From Azolla caroliniana (taxonomy: Eukaryota > Plantae > Polypodiophyta), in contig JBHGNT010000010.1 in the NCBI GenBank assembly GCA_043228905.1, positions 22,272,657-22,336,656 on the forward strand: 64,000 bases of DNA, in the 5' to 3' direction. The translations under genes were made by a program, and so were the position numbers. Below, one piece after another: positions 13,831 through 27,676 of the stretch. Every line of letters begins with the position of its first letter. Positions within the stretch are counted from its first letter, which is position 1. The notes beneath the pieces are model-generated. The model had not been told where the DNA came from. It saw only the letters and a program-made list of their open reading frames with translations, and did not search any database.

Positions 13831-15046
13831 ACAATTGGTGTCTACACTGAATTAAATTTCGTAAGTTTCTATTGCCAATTCATCCACAATTAATTTCATA
13901 GATTTGCAATTAACAATATGATCACCAAGATTTCCAAGTTTTGCTCCGTAAGGTCATTGGAACTTACACTCTAGATGCTACACAAACAACCCGAAATGCT
14001 TAAGAAACACAACCATGGTGCCCCCAACAGCTCATTGTAAATGCAACAATATGCTCAATAGCAAGTCACATTGAGAATAATGACATAAATTATTTGCTTT
14101 GGCATAAAAAGCTCACAATGTATCAAAGCATGCATACCACCTCTAGGTCATATAAACATTCCCAAAACTAGGGAGGCAAGTTCCATAGGTCCAAAAATCT
14201 AAACATCAGAATTCATCAATCACATGTCCATCCAAGTTCTTAACCATGTGAGACAACACTTTGAATCACATCCCTTCTAAGTGTCACCTCACATGATATT
14301 GGCAAGCATGTTGAGTGTTGGGATGCCCCCAACGTGTCATTGTAAACACAATAGCTTGTTCCAGACAATCGCAGATGCAGATGAATTACAGAATGATTTG
14401 CTTTAAACTTAAAAAGCTCACAATTTGCATAAAATCTGTAGGATAGGACAATACTGTAGTTGCAGAAATCCTGTTTCCCTTGTAGGACTGGGCAGTGGAA
14501 TTCATCAGCAAGAGAACCACATAATTATTATTATGTCCTGGCTATGCTGTTATCGAATGGGCTGCACATACTGGTAATATTCACATGACCATACTGCCTC
14601 ACATGGTGATGGAAAGTCTTATGTGTATCCTATTGCTAAGCCTAACAGATAATGATCTATTAGAAGCACTCACAGAGAAAAACTCCAGAGTCCAGTAAAT
14701 TGTAAAACATACACCAACCAGATGAAATGCATTAGTGACTGGAGAGAAATTAGTGGGTTAAGAAAAAAGAGGCCAGTATTCTGGGTGAACACATATTTAC
14801 TTGTGTAACCATTCAACTTCTCAATCAAAGATGGAATGACAATGCAATGTGAAAAAAGTAAGTAAATGTTGCAGGTAAGCAAGCATGTCCAGCATGAACA
14901 TAAGGAATACAAGCACATTATATTATATGGATTGAGCTTGAGTCATGCCATCAAATGCCATCATGATCATAAGCAACTTCAAATCTTTGCAGATTTATAC
15001 GTAAATAGCACACAAACTGGTTCCTTCAGGGTTGCATTTCTTGTCA

Positions 15047-16635
15047 TCAAATGCATCTTGTAAAATAATGGCCATTGATATATCCACCAGCCATTGATCT
15101 TTTAACATTTAGCTCAAATTGTTTCGGACTGTCTTTCAGAACTTCAGCAGCCTCTTTGTTGAGAGGGTCATCTGGATTGGGGTCCTGCATGTAAAAGAGA
15201 CAACAGCAGGTTGGTACTTATCATATGTTGAAACTTGAGCAAAGAGACCGAACAAAACTCACCAGAAACAAGAACTGCAATCCATAGATAATAGAATTTA
15301 TGCTCAAGACAGGTTTCCAATCTTCTCGAAGGATGTTTAGACACACATTACCTTCCAAATCTATATTTGGATGATAAACCTGCCATCGCAAAGTTACAGA
15401 AGATCTTACGCAGTCATGCTAAAACAGCTTTTTTTATGAGAAACCTTAGAATACCTTGGTCTTGCACTTCACTTTAGGAGCTTCATGAGGATAAATAGGA
15501 GAAATAGTGAAGCTGAAAACAAAAGTACCACCCCTAGAACAGAAGGAAAAAGAAAATCAGCAGTGTCAAATCCACAGTAAAAAGACAACACTGATAAGAT
15601 CTTACATGTAATAGCCTTCATCAGGTCGAATTGTGATCTCAAAGTTAAGAAGGTCATCCTTCCCATTTGGAAAAGAAATCGAGGTTGTCTTTGCCAGATT
15701 TAACTCACTTATATCTGAACAGTTTACAGGACAACCACTCATCAGAATCAGGGCCTCATTCAGAAAACTGTGGACATACCACTTAAACTATGCCATGATG
15801 AAATGTGATTAACAAGAAGATTCAATCACAAACCAAGATCAACAAATTTCAGACTAAGAATGGATTGAAGTTATATTATAAATAAATAACATTCATTAGA
15901 ATTCAATTCAGAAATCTATCTTTCTTGAAGGTAGCCAATAAATACATTAAAATTTTGCAAAAACCTTAAACTGAACCAACAGATCTATGAAAACATAGAT
16001 GCCTAAACCATGAAATTGAAGACAGAAAGTTTATACTAAGTCATAATCTATAAAACAAACCGACAAGAATTCTGTCCATTTAATGCTTTCATTGCCTTGG
16101 ACATGAAGACATCTCCAATTACCAACTCAGAGGGACAATCACTGCATGTGATAGTTTAATAATTGTTCTGCAGCATATTTCTAAGCTAAATTAAGACTTT
16201 GTAGATTGTGTAAATATAGACGTGTGGATAATGTTGATACTGTGACCTTTTGTCTAAAGAGCATTAAATATGTGATAAACCCTAGAATGTGTGCACTATA
16301 CTGATCATAAAAAGGATGTACAACAAATATATGTTACCAAAGGCATTGGTGTGTTGGCACTAAATGCATTCATATCATCTAGAAATAATTTTCAAGTAAC
16401 CAAAAGAGAAAACAAAAATCCAGGTTCTCAATTTTCAGTGCAATGTCAACAAGCACACCTAGGGTGCTACTCTGAATAGATATCATCATGTTGTGTAGCC
16501 CAGCAAAAGATGAGTGAGCGTCGTACCTTTTTGCACCCGAAGTTCTCCAGCACTCTGTTTTTTTATTGGTATTCTTCCATTTGCACTTTCTGCAGCCTCC
16601 TTTTGTTTCTGCTTTACACTGAAAAGCTTGATCAT
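15047..16635 (-). CDS. RCE1: RUB1/NEDD8-conjugating enzyme (UBC12)
   Basis: Exons 16635-16527, 15714-15606, 15533-15455, 15379-15263, 15184-15047. Protein [13 protein letters not shown]...[19 protein letters not shown]...[25 protein letters not shown]...YFTRCI*. Probable non-coding 5' exons near 16890-16924 and 19668-19760. Confidence 0.96.
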
Positions 16636-19600
16636 ATTCGCAGTTAAGATTCCTACACAAGGACAAAAGTTAGGCCTTATAAGCAGGACAGGACAAAACT
16701 CCATATTTTCCCTTGATTTAAGACCCATTGACGCTCTAACAAAAAAGCAGTTTTACAAAGTATGAACTGTTTCAAAAGCATACCCAGAACACAAACAAAA
16801 ACAAATAATGTTGCAAAGCTAGGAAAGAGAAACAGAGTCAACGTCATACTACCTACACACATCTCTTGGAGTTGTGCCAAACTCACTACCTTGTTCACCT
16901 GAATCTCTGTTCTCCAAATCTGACCTGCTTGGGAAGTAGATTTAGGGTTTTATGCTAATTTCTCCTACTAAATAGTAAAATATTAGGGCTTCAGCAACAA
17001 GGCTGTGGTTAGTTCTGATAAAGATTCACAGGTGTTCCTTGAAGCTCTTTAAGCATTGTACTGCCAGATTGTTTTCTATGGATAATATAAAGAAATATCT
17101 ATGGGGATACCAATCTTTATGCCAATCGTCTACTACGTCCATTTTACTCAAGTCTCAACTTGCTTCTGTAGATGAAAGCTAATTAAAATTAGTCATTCAT
17201 CAAGGCCAATTTCATAATTTCTCTTCTTTGAAGCAGCATGTATATAAGAATTCCACCTTGGCTCCATAGAAGAACAGCCTTCCGAAAAATGCTGATAGCC
17301 AATACATGTTGCTCAAGACTATCTGTGTCAAATGTCTCCCACCATAAAGAACTCTCAACCTTAAACATGCCTTTCTGTACATCTGCATGGACAATAAATC
17401 ACAAAACAATCTGTGTGCAAAGTATTGATCCCTAAACTTGCGTGTAATAACACACATGCTGGATACATCTCGTGTGTATACAAGATAAGTTGGATATTAG
17501 AAGAAGCAAGTTGCGATGATTTCACTACCCTTTCTTAGTTTCCATTTTTTCTTGAGGAGAACTCTCCCATGTATAGGATTTCAAGACTTCTAGAGCTCTA
17601 CGCAAATGGGCAAGAAGAAGCATCGTATCCTATAGTAGTGTTCCCAAGTAGACTCCACTCATGCATTAGGGATCATAATGCATCAAGGCTGTTTTTTATA
17701 TGATGGAAAGGGATAGAAAGCCCTGGACAGTAGTTCTTATTAGTATTTATTGTCTCAAGACAAGAAATTCAGCTCTCAATAACAGATCTCAAATATTTAA
17801 GTCAAAAAAGTGCTTGAAGAAGTACCACGATTTCTATATTTAGGAGCTAGGCTATTCATGATTAATTCCGGCAAAACTGACTATTGTTAATCTTTGTGAT
17901 GTCAACCAAGAAATTTCCATCTCACTATTGCGATTTTCAAGATGTTTTAGAAATAAATTACACGTTTCCCTCTAAAATATGGATAAAAAAGAGCACAGAT
18001 TGCAGTAAACAATTGAAAAAAAATGCAAATATATCAGAAAGGTATTTAAATAATAAATATATTGAAATTAATAAAAAAGAGTCAAATTGTTGCAGCAAGA
18101 TAAAGACATTCGCCATTTCTGTAAACAGAAAATTGTGTTTCATGCAACCTTCTTGTTAAGAACTACTACAAAAACGTAACTAAAGTCAGGCTACTAAAAT
18201 CCTTAATATCTTGCCTAGAGGTCGCTTTGCCTCTCAGCCCTAATATTCCAAAGGTGACCCATTATGCTACTTCTCCAGGATATTTTACATTAACTCATAT
18301 GCCCAAATGAAACAAAAGATATTAATAGAAGAGACAAATTAGCAACAATTTTCCAGACACATATCTTCCACATGGTGATTCCTCATATAAATAATCAGGA
18401 TGGGAGTGTACGGTAAAGTTTTATGTTTATGAACAAATTCTTAACATATCATCTCTTAATATAAACATTTTGTATGAATAGTCAATGTTTTCTACAATTA
18501 GCATAAAACACCTGCATGTTTAAAGATCAAGATCTACTCGAAACTTTAAGTAGCAATGATCATGAGATAGGTTTCCTGTAGTTTTCCCTAATTTTATGAT
18601 GAGTATGTGCGGGTTAATTCTGGATGGAATGAGGGTATGAAATGTAATATTCAATTCTACTGTGTGGGATAAATGTACATCGATGTTATGTGCATAACCA
18701 TAACTCATGATGAGATTGCTTTTGGTTATTAATGAAACATCCATGTGACATTTAAACGTTGATGATACAGAGTATAAAATGAAATCATAAGCCTTTTCAA
18801 GGAAATAATTTGCAGAACAATCATGTCCACCATGAGTCCTAGGTTACTTCATCTAAGACACACATATAAGGTCCAACAGCAATGCCGCATGGAAGTTGAA
18901 GGCACACGGATTGTCAATCAGATATTGAGGAGTATAAGTATCTACCTTAATCTTGAGATGGATCAAAGGGGAGCCTAACAGCATACTAGCACTGTAATTC
19001 AACTCAGAGATGGATTTGGATTCACAGACTAATGACATAATTCACCTTTTCAGTTCAATGAAAGAACCATATTTTAAGTCGATAATATTGTCACATTTAG
19101 TTCAAGAAAATACTTTCCATGTGGATCTTGTTCAATAGGAGCCGCTATATTCAATTTATATTAGCAGAAAATATGATGTGAGAGAGTAACGTCAGTAGTT
19201 TCATATATGTTTTTCTGACAGGAAAATTAAATCTTCACTTTCTTCTAGTTTTTGAATGTTTATATGTGGTGTATGAATGAATAGAAGCATCCATTCTTCT
19301 CTTTCCTTTTCGGTTGTTGAATGTGTACATAAGTAAGTTTTAAGGATATGTTCATTCTTCCTCAGAGAGGAAACCATATTTATAGTGCAGTGTGTTTAGC
19401 TTCTTTCCTCTTCCTTCGCATCTTGGTGAACACCTCTCGTTTCAAGAATTTCACAAGTGGCGCAGCCCTGTTTTTGAAAGATTTCAAGAGAGAAAGACAT
19501 ATGCAGCATAGAGATCGATTAAAGAAAAGACAAAATGAAAAAAAGACGAGAAGGAATGAGATAGATCGATTGAAGATAGGAATAAATAAATATGGAAAAC

Positions 19601-19779
19601 ACAGAAGTGAGAAGAGAGTAAAAGAGTTCTACAGAGAGTTGATGAGAGGGAAAGAACAGGTGCTAACCTCTTGACACAGCAGATGCTCCGTTCAGCGAGA
19701 TCGTAGAAACTCGAAATGGAAGAAAGGAATCGCGATACAATAGAAAGGCTGTGTGACACACAGGCTTATTATGCTCGTA

Positions 19780-20143
19780 TATACACACATATATACATAC
19801 ACATACAGGTTTGTGTAAACAGAGTGTCATACATATACATATTGATATATATATATATATATATATATATCATATATGTATATATATATGTACATACATA
19901 CAGATATTATGTACAGGAAAGCAAACAAAAGTGTATATGCCCCACACACATACGTATATGTACATATATATCGTATGGACTGCCGGACATACATGCACAC
20001 CTACACACAAAACAACAAAACGAACCAATTCCTTTCTTGTAATGAAAGACCAGCAACCATGCTATGTGCTTCCTCCTTTACATGCATATCATACATACGT
20101 ACATACATACGTACATACATACATACATACATACATACATACA

Positions 20144-20193
<50 letters not shown>

Positions 20194-20205
20194 TGTGTGT
20201 GTGTA
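19780..20205. repeat. Compound microsatellite field (AT, ACAT, GT, GA) upstream of RCE1
   Basis: Directly visible. Confidence 0.9.
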
Positions 20206-22281
20206 TTGGAATTTCAAAATGTATGCTTGCTTGCAAGTTGCAACATATCTATCATTCTCCATTCTTTAAAAGCATGTCTATGTGCACGGTCAATGGCTCC
20301 TTCCCAATGATGTGGGGAGTTAAAAGTTGAGTGGTATTTAATCAATTAAGAAATTTTAAAAGCAATAGTGTGTTAACACAATTAGTTTAGCGACGTTTGT
20401 ATCAAGATGTTAATGATCGCGGTTGGCAAAACCCATTTCTTTAACTATCGTAAACTTATCCTCATATAACCTTACACATACATGTATATAAATATGTATG
20501 TATGTGTTTCAACCATGTACTTAATGTTGATTTTCACATGATTAGGATCTTATTATACTTTCAAAATAAACAAGCATATCTTTTGAAATCCTACTACACA
20601 CACATATATTATAAGCATATTTTAGGGATCCCCCACCCATTATTATTATTATCAATAGGTGAAGGTATCATCATATACACTGTCACTTTAGAGATCCCCT
20701 TCAAATTATGCTTACATCAAGAAATAAAAATGTGAGTGGTAACAATAAGTGCTGCATATAGATAATCGCATGTAGAAATTCCCTTACTGATATCTAGAAT
20801 ATGAAAACTTGAAATTGACATATATGTATTCTTACATTAGTATGATATTCTCATTTTTTAAATCCCTACACCATTACTTGTATAAAGAACACAAAATGGT
20901 GATCTTGCATTTTACCTGAAATACTTAGACAATTATTTGATGGTAAGCAAAATCATAGTATGAACCATACAAACCATATGTGCATTCGCATTCGCGAGTG
21001 TTTCAATCGTTTGAGTATGGTAAACACCCTTGAAGAATGGTAAATACCATACTTTTGGATTAACTATTTATTATGAGGTAAATAAACCTAAAAAAAGAAA
21101 AAAATCTTAAAAAAAGGGAAAAAACAGAAGAATGTTTGAATAAACATTCGCATTCGTTTTCCGACATAGGAAAACGAATGTTATGCTAGACGAACACGAA
21201 TTTTACGTATTATGAGCAAAATAACATCAAGACCTTATGAATAATAACATAGTACACAAAATGAGAAGACAAAGTATGAACTAAATGCACATGTACATGA
21301 TAAAGGCTTATTGTCAAATAAGTATGTCATTCACATAAAATCAACACTAAGAAGTGTCGAACTCTCTTATAAAGTTTGTTGGGTCTAAAGAGTATGTTTC
21401 CATGAGATGTAACTCTCACATGGTAAGAACATTAATGAATGTTTTTGTATTAACTCACTCATATAGTTTATTGAGTCTAAGGGAGGGTGTGCTGATGAGA
21501 TGTTACTCGCATGTAAGAACATTAAAGAAAGCTTTTGAATTATAGCAAGATTTTAACCAAGGAATCAATGTTGGAAAATGAATGGTTCATATCTTTGATT
21601 ATTCATGTATGAGGATATTGTAGCACATCAGAAAATTGTCAAGATGATCCATTTGTGACATATTATATATCAAATATGAGGGATGCAACCAGATTGATGA
21701 GGAGAAGGGCTTATGGTTTGCAAGGTCAAAGAGGACAATGCTACAATCTTCTACTTCATAATGGCAATCAATAAATACATGGGAATACATCTTTCTGGGC
21801 AAAGACTAATGAGCCATTCAATCCAAGACAGACAAAGGCGTAAACTTGAATGAAATGGTGCATGTGGGTAATGTTATGTCTTTCAAAGATTCTGTACAAA
21901 AATCTACAAAATCCGTATCCCTGCCATGCTCTCTCTGAGGTTTCTATGACTCTCTTCGTGACATATACACATTGGCTATCAACCCCACGCTTAGCAAGCA
22001 AGTAATCCATTATATGCTTTATGACAAACAGAAAATATGTTTTTATAACAAATTGAACTTTTCTGGCATGTATATACATGGTGCTAAAACTCAAAACAAT
22101 AAGAAACAACTCTACACAACCTCACAGCAGTCTGCAAAAGTGGACCCACATGCAAAGGAGGGTGCACATACAATTGGAGGACTATGGTTTGTATATCAGA
22201 GTCGATCAGAAAGATGTACAAAGGTTTCTGATGGGTGTCAAATCTAAAGAATCAAACTCAAAAAAAAGATGCAAATACATT

Positions 22282-25200
22282 TCAGTGAGCCCCAAGTCCA
22301 TGCTGTACAAGAGATTTAGAAATCACAGCGCTTGATTGCTCACATAACTCCTCGGCATTGGTTCCTCGGATCGGTGGATGAACAATAACCTTTACTGTCC
22401 CTGGTCTCAGTGTACCTTCACAGCCATTTGGCATCAGTTTTCCTGTTCCGATCAAGCTTATGGGAACTACTGGGACCTTTTCTTTGGCAGCAATAGTAAA
22501 TGCGCCCCTCTAAATATAATCGCCACAAATGAGATAAAATTGGCATGAGAAAAGAGGGAAAATCATGAAAATAAACATGCAATAAATGCATTGTTACACA
22601 CTATAATGTATACCTTAAACTGGCCCATTTTCCCATCTCTTGATCGTGTGCCTTCCGGAAAGAAGAAAACTGAAACACCTTTCCTGATCAAGTTCAAGCA
22701 GTGCCTTAGGCATTCCTGGAATAAGGAAGGGCACAATCATATTCGGATCAAAGAATAAGATTGAGAGCTGAACTAAGTGCTCATGTATTGGATAAAAAAG
22801 ACTACCACTTGGCTCTTTGTATCCATACGACGCAACGGTACATGACCAGTGAGATACATTGACCACCCAATTATAGGTATCAAAAAGTTGCTAGTCTTGC
22901 TGATGAATTTAAAAGGCCTTCCAAGAAGAAATAAAGAATAGATATCCAAAAAACTCTGATGGTTTGAGACATACACTGCTGGCTCATCTGGTCCAGGTAA
23001 ATTCTCTAGACCTTCAATCTCTGCCTTGTAAAAGAAAAAAATGGTGAGGTTTGCCCATAGTTTATTAATGAAGTGCTGAGCCTTGCGCCTGTGCTTATCA
23101 AACACCAGAACAAATGGCTGTATCAACAACATAATAAAGAACAGTGGTATGGCAACAATATAGGTAGTAAAGTAGAAGCAAAATGCACGAACTCTTGGAA
23201 AAAAAGTTGGACCTGCACAAGCACATGTAAAGAATGCCTATCAATAACCATTAACAAGAAAGCTTCAAAAATCTTGATCAGAATCCTGAGCTTGAAATAG
23301 CGAAGCATGTTATTTACACATAGAATGCACATCATAGAATCTCCTTGATAAGTACCCCATTAGTAAAGTAAGCAAGGCTCTAGCAAGATCAGACTTGCAT
23401 TGCCCTGCACAATTATATTGTCTATTGCTTCAAGCTGCCATTGTATGTCATGGATACCTCTGCAATTGAATCCTCATTGCATTATCTATACTGGGAATTG
23501 ATAACAATCATCAACTTTGTACAGCTCATGATTCGTACGCATATGAGTCACTAACATATATAATTCATGACTATTTTATGTTTACCCTATTTTTAGGTGG
23601 ATTTTAAAAATATTCATGTATAAGACTCGTGATCTGTACTTACCTCTGGCAGCAAATTGCAATATATTCATAATTGAGAACAGATGCCCATTTCAATTTG
23701 TCATTATAAATCTCTCCAAGTTTTCCTGTCTGTTTGCTACTTATTTTGGATGACTGGAGCAATTGTTTTTCTTTTTCTTTTTGAAGGGCTGCTATTCATA
23801 CCGTCAGCGCTTGTTTCTTTCTTGTTCTCTCCTGCCTCCGTACACCAGGGCAAGAGAGAGAGACATTACCAAAAAGGTGGCGCATATAGAAAGAGGATAT
23901 GCTGTTGTGTTATGGATATTTTCTGGCATTCAATACAAATACCACAAGGGATGCTCGTGAGAGATTGAAGACCATTGGCTCACCTAATGAAATGCATGGG
24001 AAATTTATGCATTATATGAATCAGTGTCAGGTCAAGTCTGTGCCCCCTGCTGGCTCCCAGATGCAATGGGTAGTAAAATTGGGTGAAATAAGAATCCAAA
24101 CAGGATGTTATAATTCTAAACTCTAACCTCAGAATTTTTTATCTTATTATTCTATTCTTTCAAGTGGTACAAACCCATCTCCAAAGAGACAATGATCACT
24201 AGCTCACAGACGTTGCTGGTAGTACCATTGCCAAGCTCACAGATGTGGTGCTTTTTACCCAAAGGTAAATGGTGGGATGTTGGTTCTAACTATACAGGCT
24301 ATCTGGAAGTGAAATTGTGTACGTAACACTGATGTGGTCTCTATATTCTATCCTTGGAAATGAAATTATGTACAGAACCTTCCAGCTAGATGCACATTGT
24401 TTTTACGAGCATATTTCTTCATCTGCTAATTCACAAGTACAGACAAAAAGTTATCAGATCAGCCAGAGCTAAACATAGCACTCTTTTGCTTTCTCTGACT
24501 ACATTCTTAGCCCACTGACAGATCCTCTATGCACGCATTAAGTCTTCTCATGCTCATTTTCAAGATTTTGCTCCTGGTAATTGGAGTTTTATTTTCTGAA
24601 TCAATAACATGTAGACCTCAGTACTAAGCCACATTTCTCCAATACTCAGAAAGTGTGGTTTTCTTGATAGATAATGATTAAAAATATTCTATTCAAATAT
24701 CAGAAAGGCATCCCTTGTTGGATAATCAACATTATAGTCAATAACACAATAAATGAAAAATGCTGACAATGGCATACCTGAAGGTGTAGGTAAATCTCCG
24801 CTCCAATCTGGATCTGAGCCTTGAGACACTGGTGCAGTGGCACTCATTTCACATTTTAGCGGATTATACCTCCTATTCAGCTGCCAATGCTTTTTTTGAG
24901 ATAAACCCTGTTTATTACTAGCAAGAATATCCAGAATACCAGCAAAACAGGAAGAAAGACTTTGACTCTCATTACAGGAAATTGTAATACCTGGTCAGAT
25001 GAAAAGAAACAAACAGCACAAACCTTCACTAATCAACAATTAAACATCAAAACTATATACAAAATAGAAGCTTTCAGCACACAGCATGTCCTTTGTTGGA
25101 TGTGTGTGAATGACTTAACTAAAGGATTAAACATCAAAATTAACTGGTACATTCTTCTGACACTACATGAATGGTTCTACCGTTTTATCTGGTCAAATTC

Positions 25201-25834
25201 AAATGGAAAAGCACACCACGAACTCTCACTAGTCAAGTATTAAACATCAGGGTTACATTAAATGATAATTTCAAAAATAGGTGGATGACATTCAACAGCT
25301 TATCTGAGACTACTTGATGAAACATCAAGATTATACAAAAAGAATGACTTGTGGGAAGCGCCATATTAATTGTTGCATAATGTTTCTGGAAGGACTGGAT
25401 ATGAAGATTACGGGAATACTAAATAACAGCTCCTTCAAAAGTGCCAACCTCTTTCTTATCTGGCAATTAATGCTAAGATAAAGAATGAAAAGAAAGAGTT
25501 CACAAGCATATCACTAATCCTCTCGCAGAGCAAGGAATAAACATTAAGATTATAATAAATAAAATACTTTTGAGGAAGTGGCACATTCTTGGATATGGAC
25601 AACAAAATGCCTTAATTAATTTCTCACATTAGAGCATAACTCCCAAATAAATTTATTTTGTAACTGCTTATGAGGCTGACCTCTCTGAGAAAACCGGAAA
25701 GAAGCTCTGAGCCGTGGTCTGAAAGAAGAGGAGGAGGAGGAAACAGGGGCAAGGACTGATTGATGGCGGAGATAGGCAGCGGTGGGGATGGGTAAGTGAA
25801 GAAGGGGCTGCTGGTATATAGCAGCAGCATCCAT
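22282..25834 (-). CDS. LPAT1: Plastid 1-acyl-sn-glycerol-3-phosphate acyltransferase (LPAT1/ATS2)
   Basis: Exons 25834-25628, 24907-24778, 23212-22806, 22715-22614, 22509-22282. Ser/Arg-rich transit-like N-terminus. Motifs VYVSNHQSFLDIY, FISKT, FFPEGTRS, FKRGAF, VPVVPI. Confidence 0.94.
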
Positions 25835-27676
25835 GGTGACTACTGAAGCCGAAGTGGGTTGGTTATGGAGAGGCCAATCGCTTCAGAGGACAGGAGGGGC
25901 AGGATTCTTCGTACGTTCCTTCCTTCCTTCCTTTCATTGGAAAGACGCTGAAAAGTTTGGTAGTGGTTGGCGGCGGCAGCAGCATTGGATAAGAAAGACA
26001 GAGAGCAGAAGGAAATGAAGAGAAAAAAGAAAGAGGCTCTGCTCTGCTCTATGATTATCCATCCATCTCCCCCGGGAAGCACTAGCAGGCCGCCTCAATC
26101 AATAAGTAATATAGAATGGATGGATGGAGGCACACATAATAATACATTCACACACAAAGAAAGACCCAATGCCTCTCTCTCTCCCTCCCTCCCATTTTAC
26201 ATACATATTTAATGGTATGAGTTATAGAGAGGCTAGAGCTAGGGAATCCTCTCCTCTCTTCTCCTCTCCGCTCTTCTCTTCTCTTCTCTTCTCTCGATAT
26301 TTTACACGTCCAAAACCCCTCACTCGAAGTCTCTCAAACAAAATCTCATAGTCATCCGTAGTGGAAGAGGAGGTTGTGTCGCAAAATTCGGAGTGTGATC
26401 ACATAAAAGCATACAGACTCCTTTGGGGACACGTTGTGTTGATTGGAGACTAGATAGTTAATCCAAATTTCTCCCGGCCATTATCTTTACTAATCAATGT
26501 TTCGAGGAATAGCATGTCATAATGGAGAAAACAAAATCTTTGACTTAATTTGATACAAAATCAATACTTATCGTAGATGACCAGCATGGGTTTACACATG
26601 AGGTGTTCTCCAAGGGTGTTGTGGGCACAAACCTTAGGTAAGCCAAGGCTATTCTAATATTGGTATGTGCACAAGGCCAAGTATACACTTGATAAGTTAA
26701 TTTCTATGTCCCTTTTCGCGATCTACTTGACATTTGTACCAAGTCTAATTGGGAGTCTCCATCGCCATCATAGCAATTTTGCTTCTAGTTCTCACTACTT
26801 TTTGCTTCATTTGCATGTTTTTCATATCTCTAGGAAATTGTCAAGATGTTATTCACATTTTGATACCTAACATACTTTTGGCTTTTGATTTCTAAATCTC
26901 TCCTTAACTTTGCTTATGTTTTTGAAAAAAGTTTTTTAGTTTTTATGTTTGAAAAGGGTTTTCACAAGAGTTTTAATAGTTGTACATTAAGATGCAACAA
27001 AAATGACCAATATATATACTCATATGCATCAGGAAGTTTTTAAGTATGATTGCCTATTTACAAAACCTAAACATACATTATCAAAGTTTGAGGCTCCTAA
27101 TCACATGAAAAATAAGATAAAACACATAATTGATAATAATTAAATAATCATCATATGTCTTTGAGGATACACCTAATCAACATAAATATTAATTATTAAG
27201 AATCATATATTAACCTAATCATCATAATAATGTCGATTATTAGCTCCTAGAAGAAGTCGCTTAATAAATTACGTTCGTATTTAGAAACATTAAGCATCTA
27301 ATTCTCATTTGATATACCCCACCATCTAATTCATAATATAGCAAATAACAATTCTAATTTGATAGATCAAATAAATCAAGCTAGCTTTCTAACTGATAAT
27401 TAAATCTTGCAATTAGCAAAACTTGATTCCTACTTATTGTAAATTAATCTTTATAATCTCACAGAATTTGTTTCAATGTTTATTTATATATATGCTTGGT
27501 CAAAGTTTGGCTCACAAGCACATATGAAATTAAGAATGAACACATAATACATAATACACAATTTATTAATTTCTTATATGTACATATAATCATGTCGTGG
27601 TAATTTACCCTAAGATGAACTGATTAGAGCACATGCAATGGCTAACTTCTCACAATGGCTTCACAATAGCTCTTTT

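Noticed and set aside
19716-20330. Overlapping 88-144-aa ORFs (also at 648-1178, 5845-7302, 58434-59729)
   Set aside because: They are translations of AT/CA/GA/ACAT microsatellites with no protein-like composition.
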